DNA from: a virus
Taxonomy: Duplodnaviria; Heunggongvirae; Uroviricota; Caudoviricetes
IMG/VR virus record: IMGVR_UViG_2534681703_000014
Span: 1 to 45,442 of that record
Strand: one strand, 5' to 3'
Length of the DNA stretch: 45,442 nt
Both the position numbers and the translations under genes were made by a program. Below the pieces are notes generated by a model. It saw only the letters and a list, made by a program, of their open reading frames with translations, did not search any database and was not told the origin of the DNA. Of this stretch, positions 45,320 to 45,442 are shown piece by piece. Positions within the stretch are counted from its first letter, which is position 1; each line of letters starts with the position of its first letter.

Positions 45320-45442
45320 CTTTCTCCAAAACCAGAACGGAATTGATTGATTTTGATAGGATCTATAACGCCGTTACATTAAACGGCAAAACCACTCAAA
45401 AACAAACTTAATGCATTGAATATAAAGGATTAATCATCTAAT
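45320..45442. repeat. Right copy of perfect 123-bp direct repeat (att-containing)
   Basis: Identical to 1-123. Confidence 0.85.

Overview
This 45,442-bp window is an apparently complete lambdoid (lambda-like, siphovirus-type) prophage of an enterobacterial, E. coli-like host, bounded at both window edges by a perfect 123-bp direct repeat (1-123 and 45320-45442). All product names are inferred by eye from remembered protein-family signatures and gene order; no database search or tool was run. Left arm (minus strand): tyrosine integrase, excisionase, an 823-aa exonuclease with a C-terminal DnaQ-like domain, and small early genes. Immunity region: a short HTH repressor co-oriented with a ParD/ParE-type toxin-antitoxin pair, divergent from Cro/YdaS-like and YdaT-like genes across a spacer with three CACTAAAC repeats. 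Replication and nin-like region (plus strand): a DUF1376/DnaT-like O analogue containing GTCACG iterons, a P-like protein, queH (epoxyqueuosine reductase), a hok-type toxin, DUF968, rusA and antiterminator Q. Between Q and the late region lies an antisense, tightly coupled three-gene membrane-protein cassette of unknown function (14987-16534); this is my top candidate for an undescribed accessory or defence system. It is followed by a candidate late promoter/terminator, four tRNAs (one atypical), a 0.75-kb ORF-poor hairpin-rich spacer, lysis genes, terminase, portal, a fused protease-capsid protein, tail genes (V, G/GT, H, M, L, K, I, J), lom and a side tail fiber. The right end is a decayed invertible tail-fiber/pin region with an AT-rich SAM-methyltransferase gene next to the right repeat. 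No CRISPR array, rRNA or transposase was seen.
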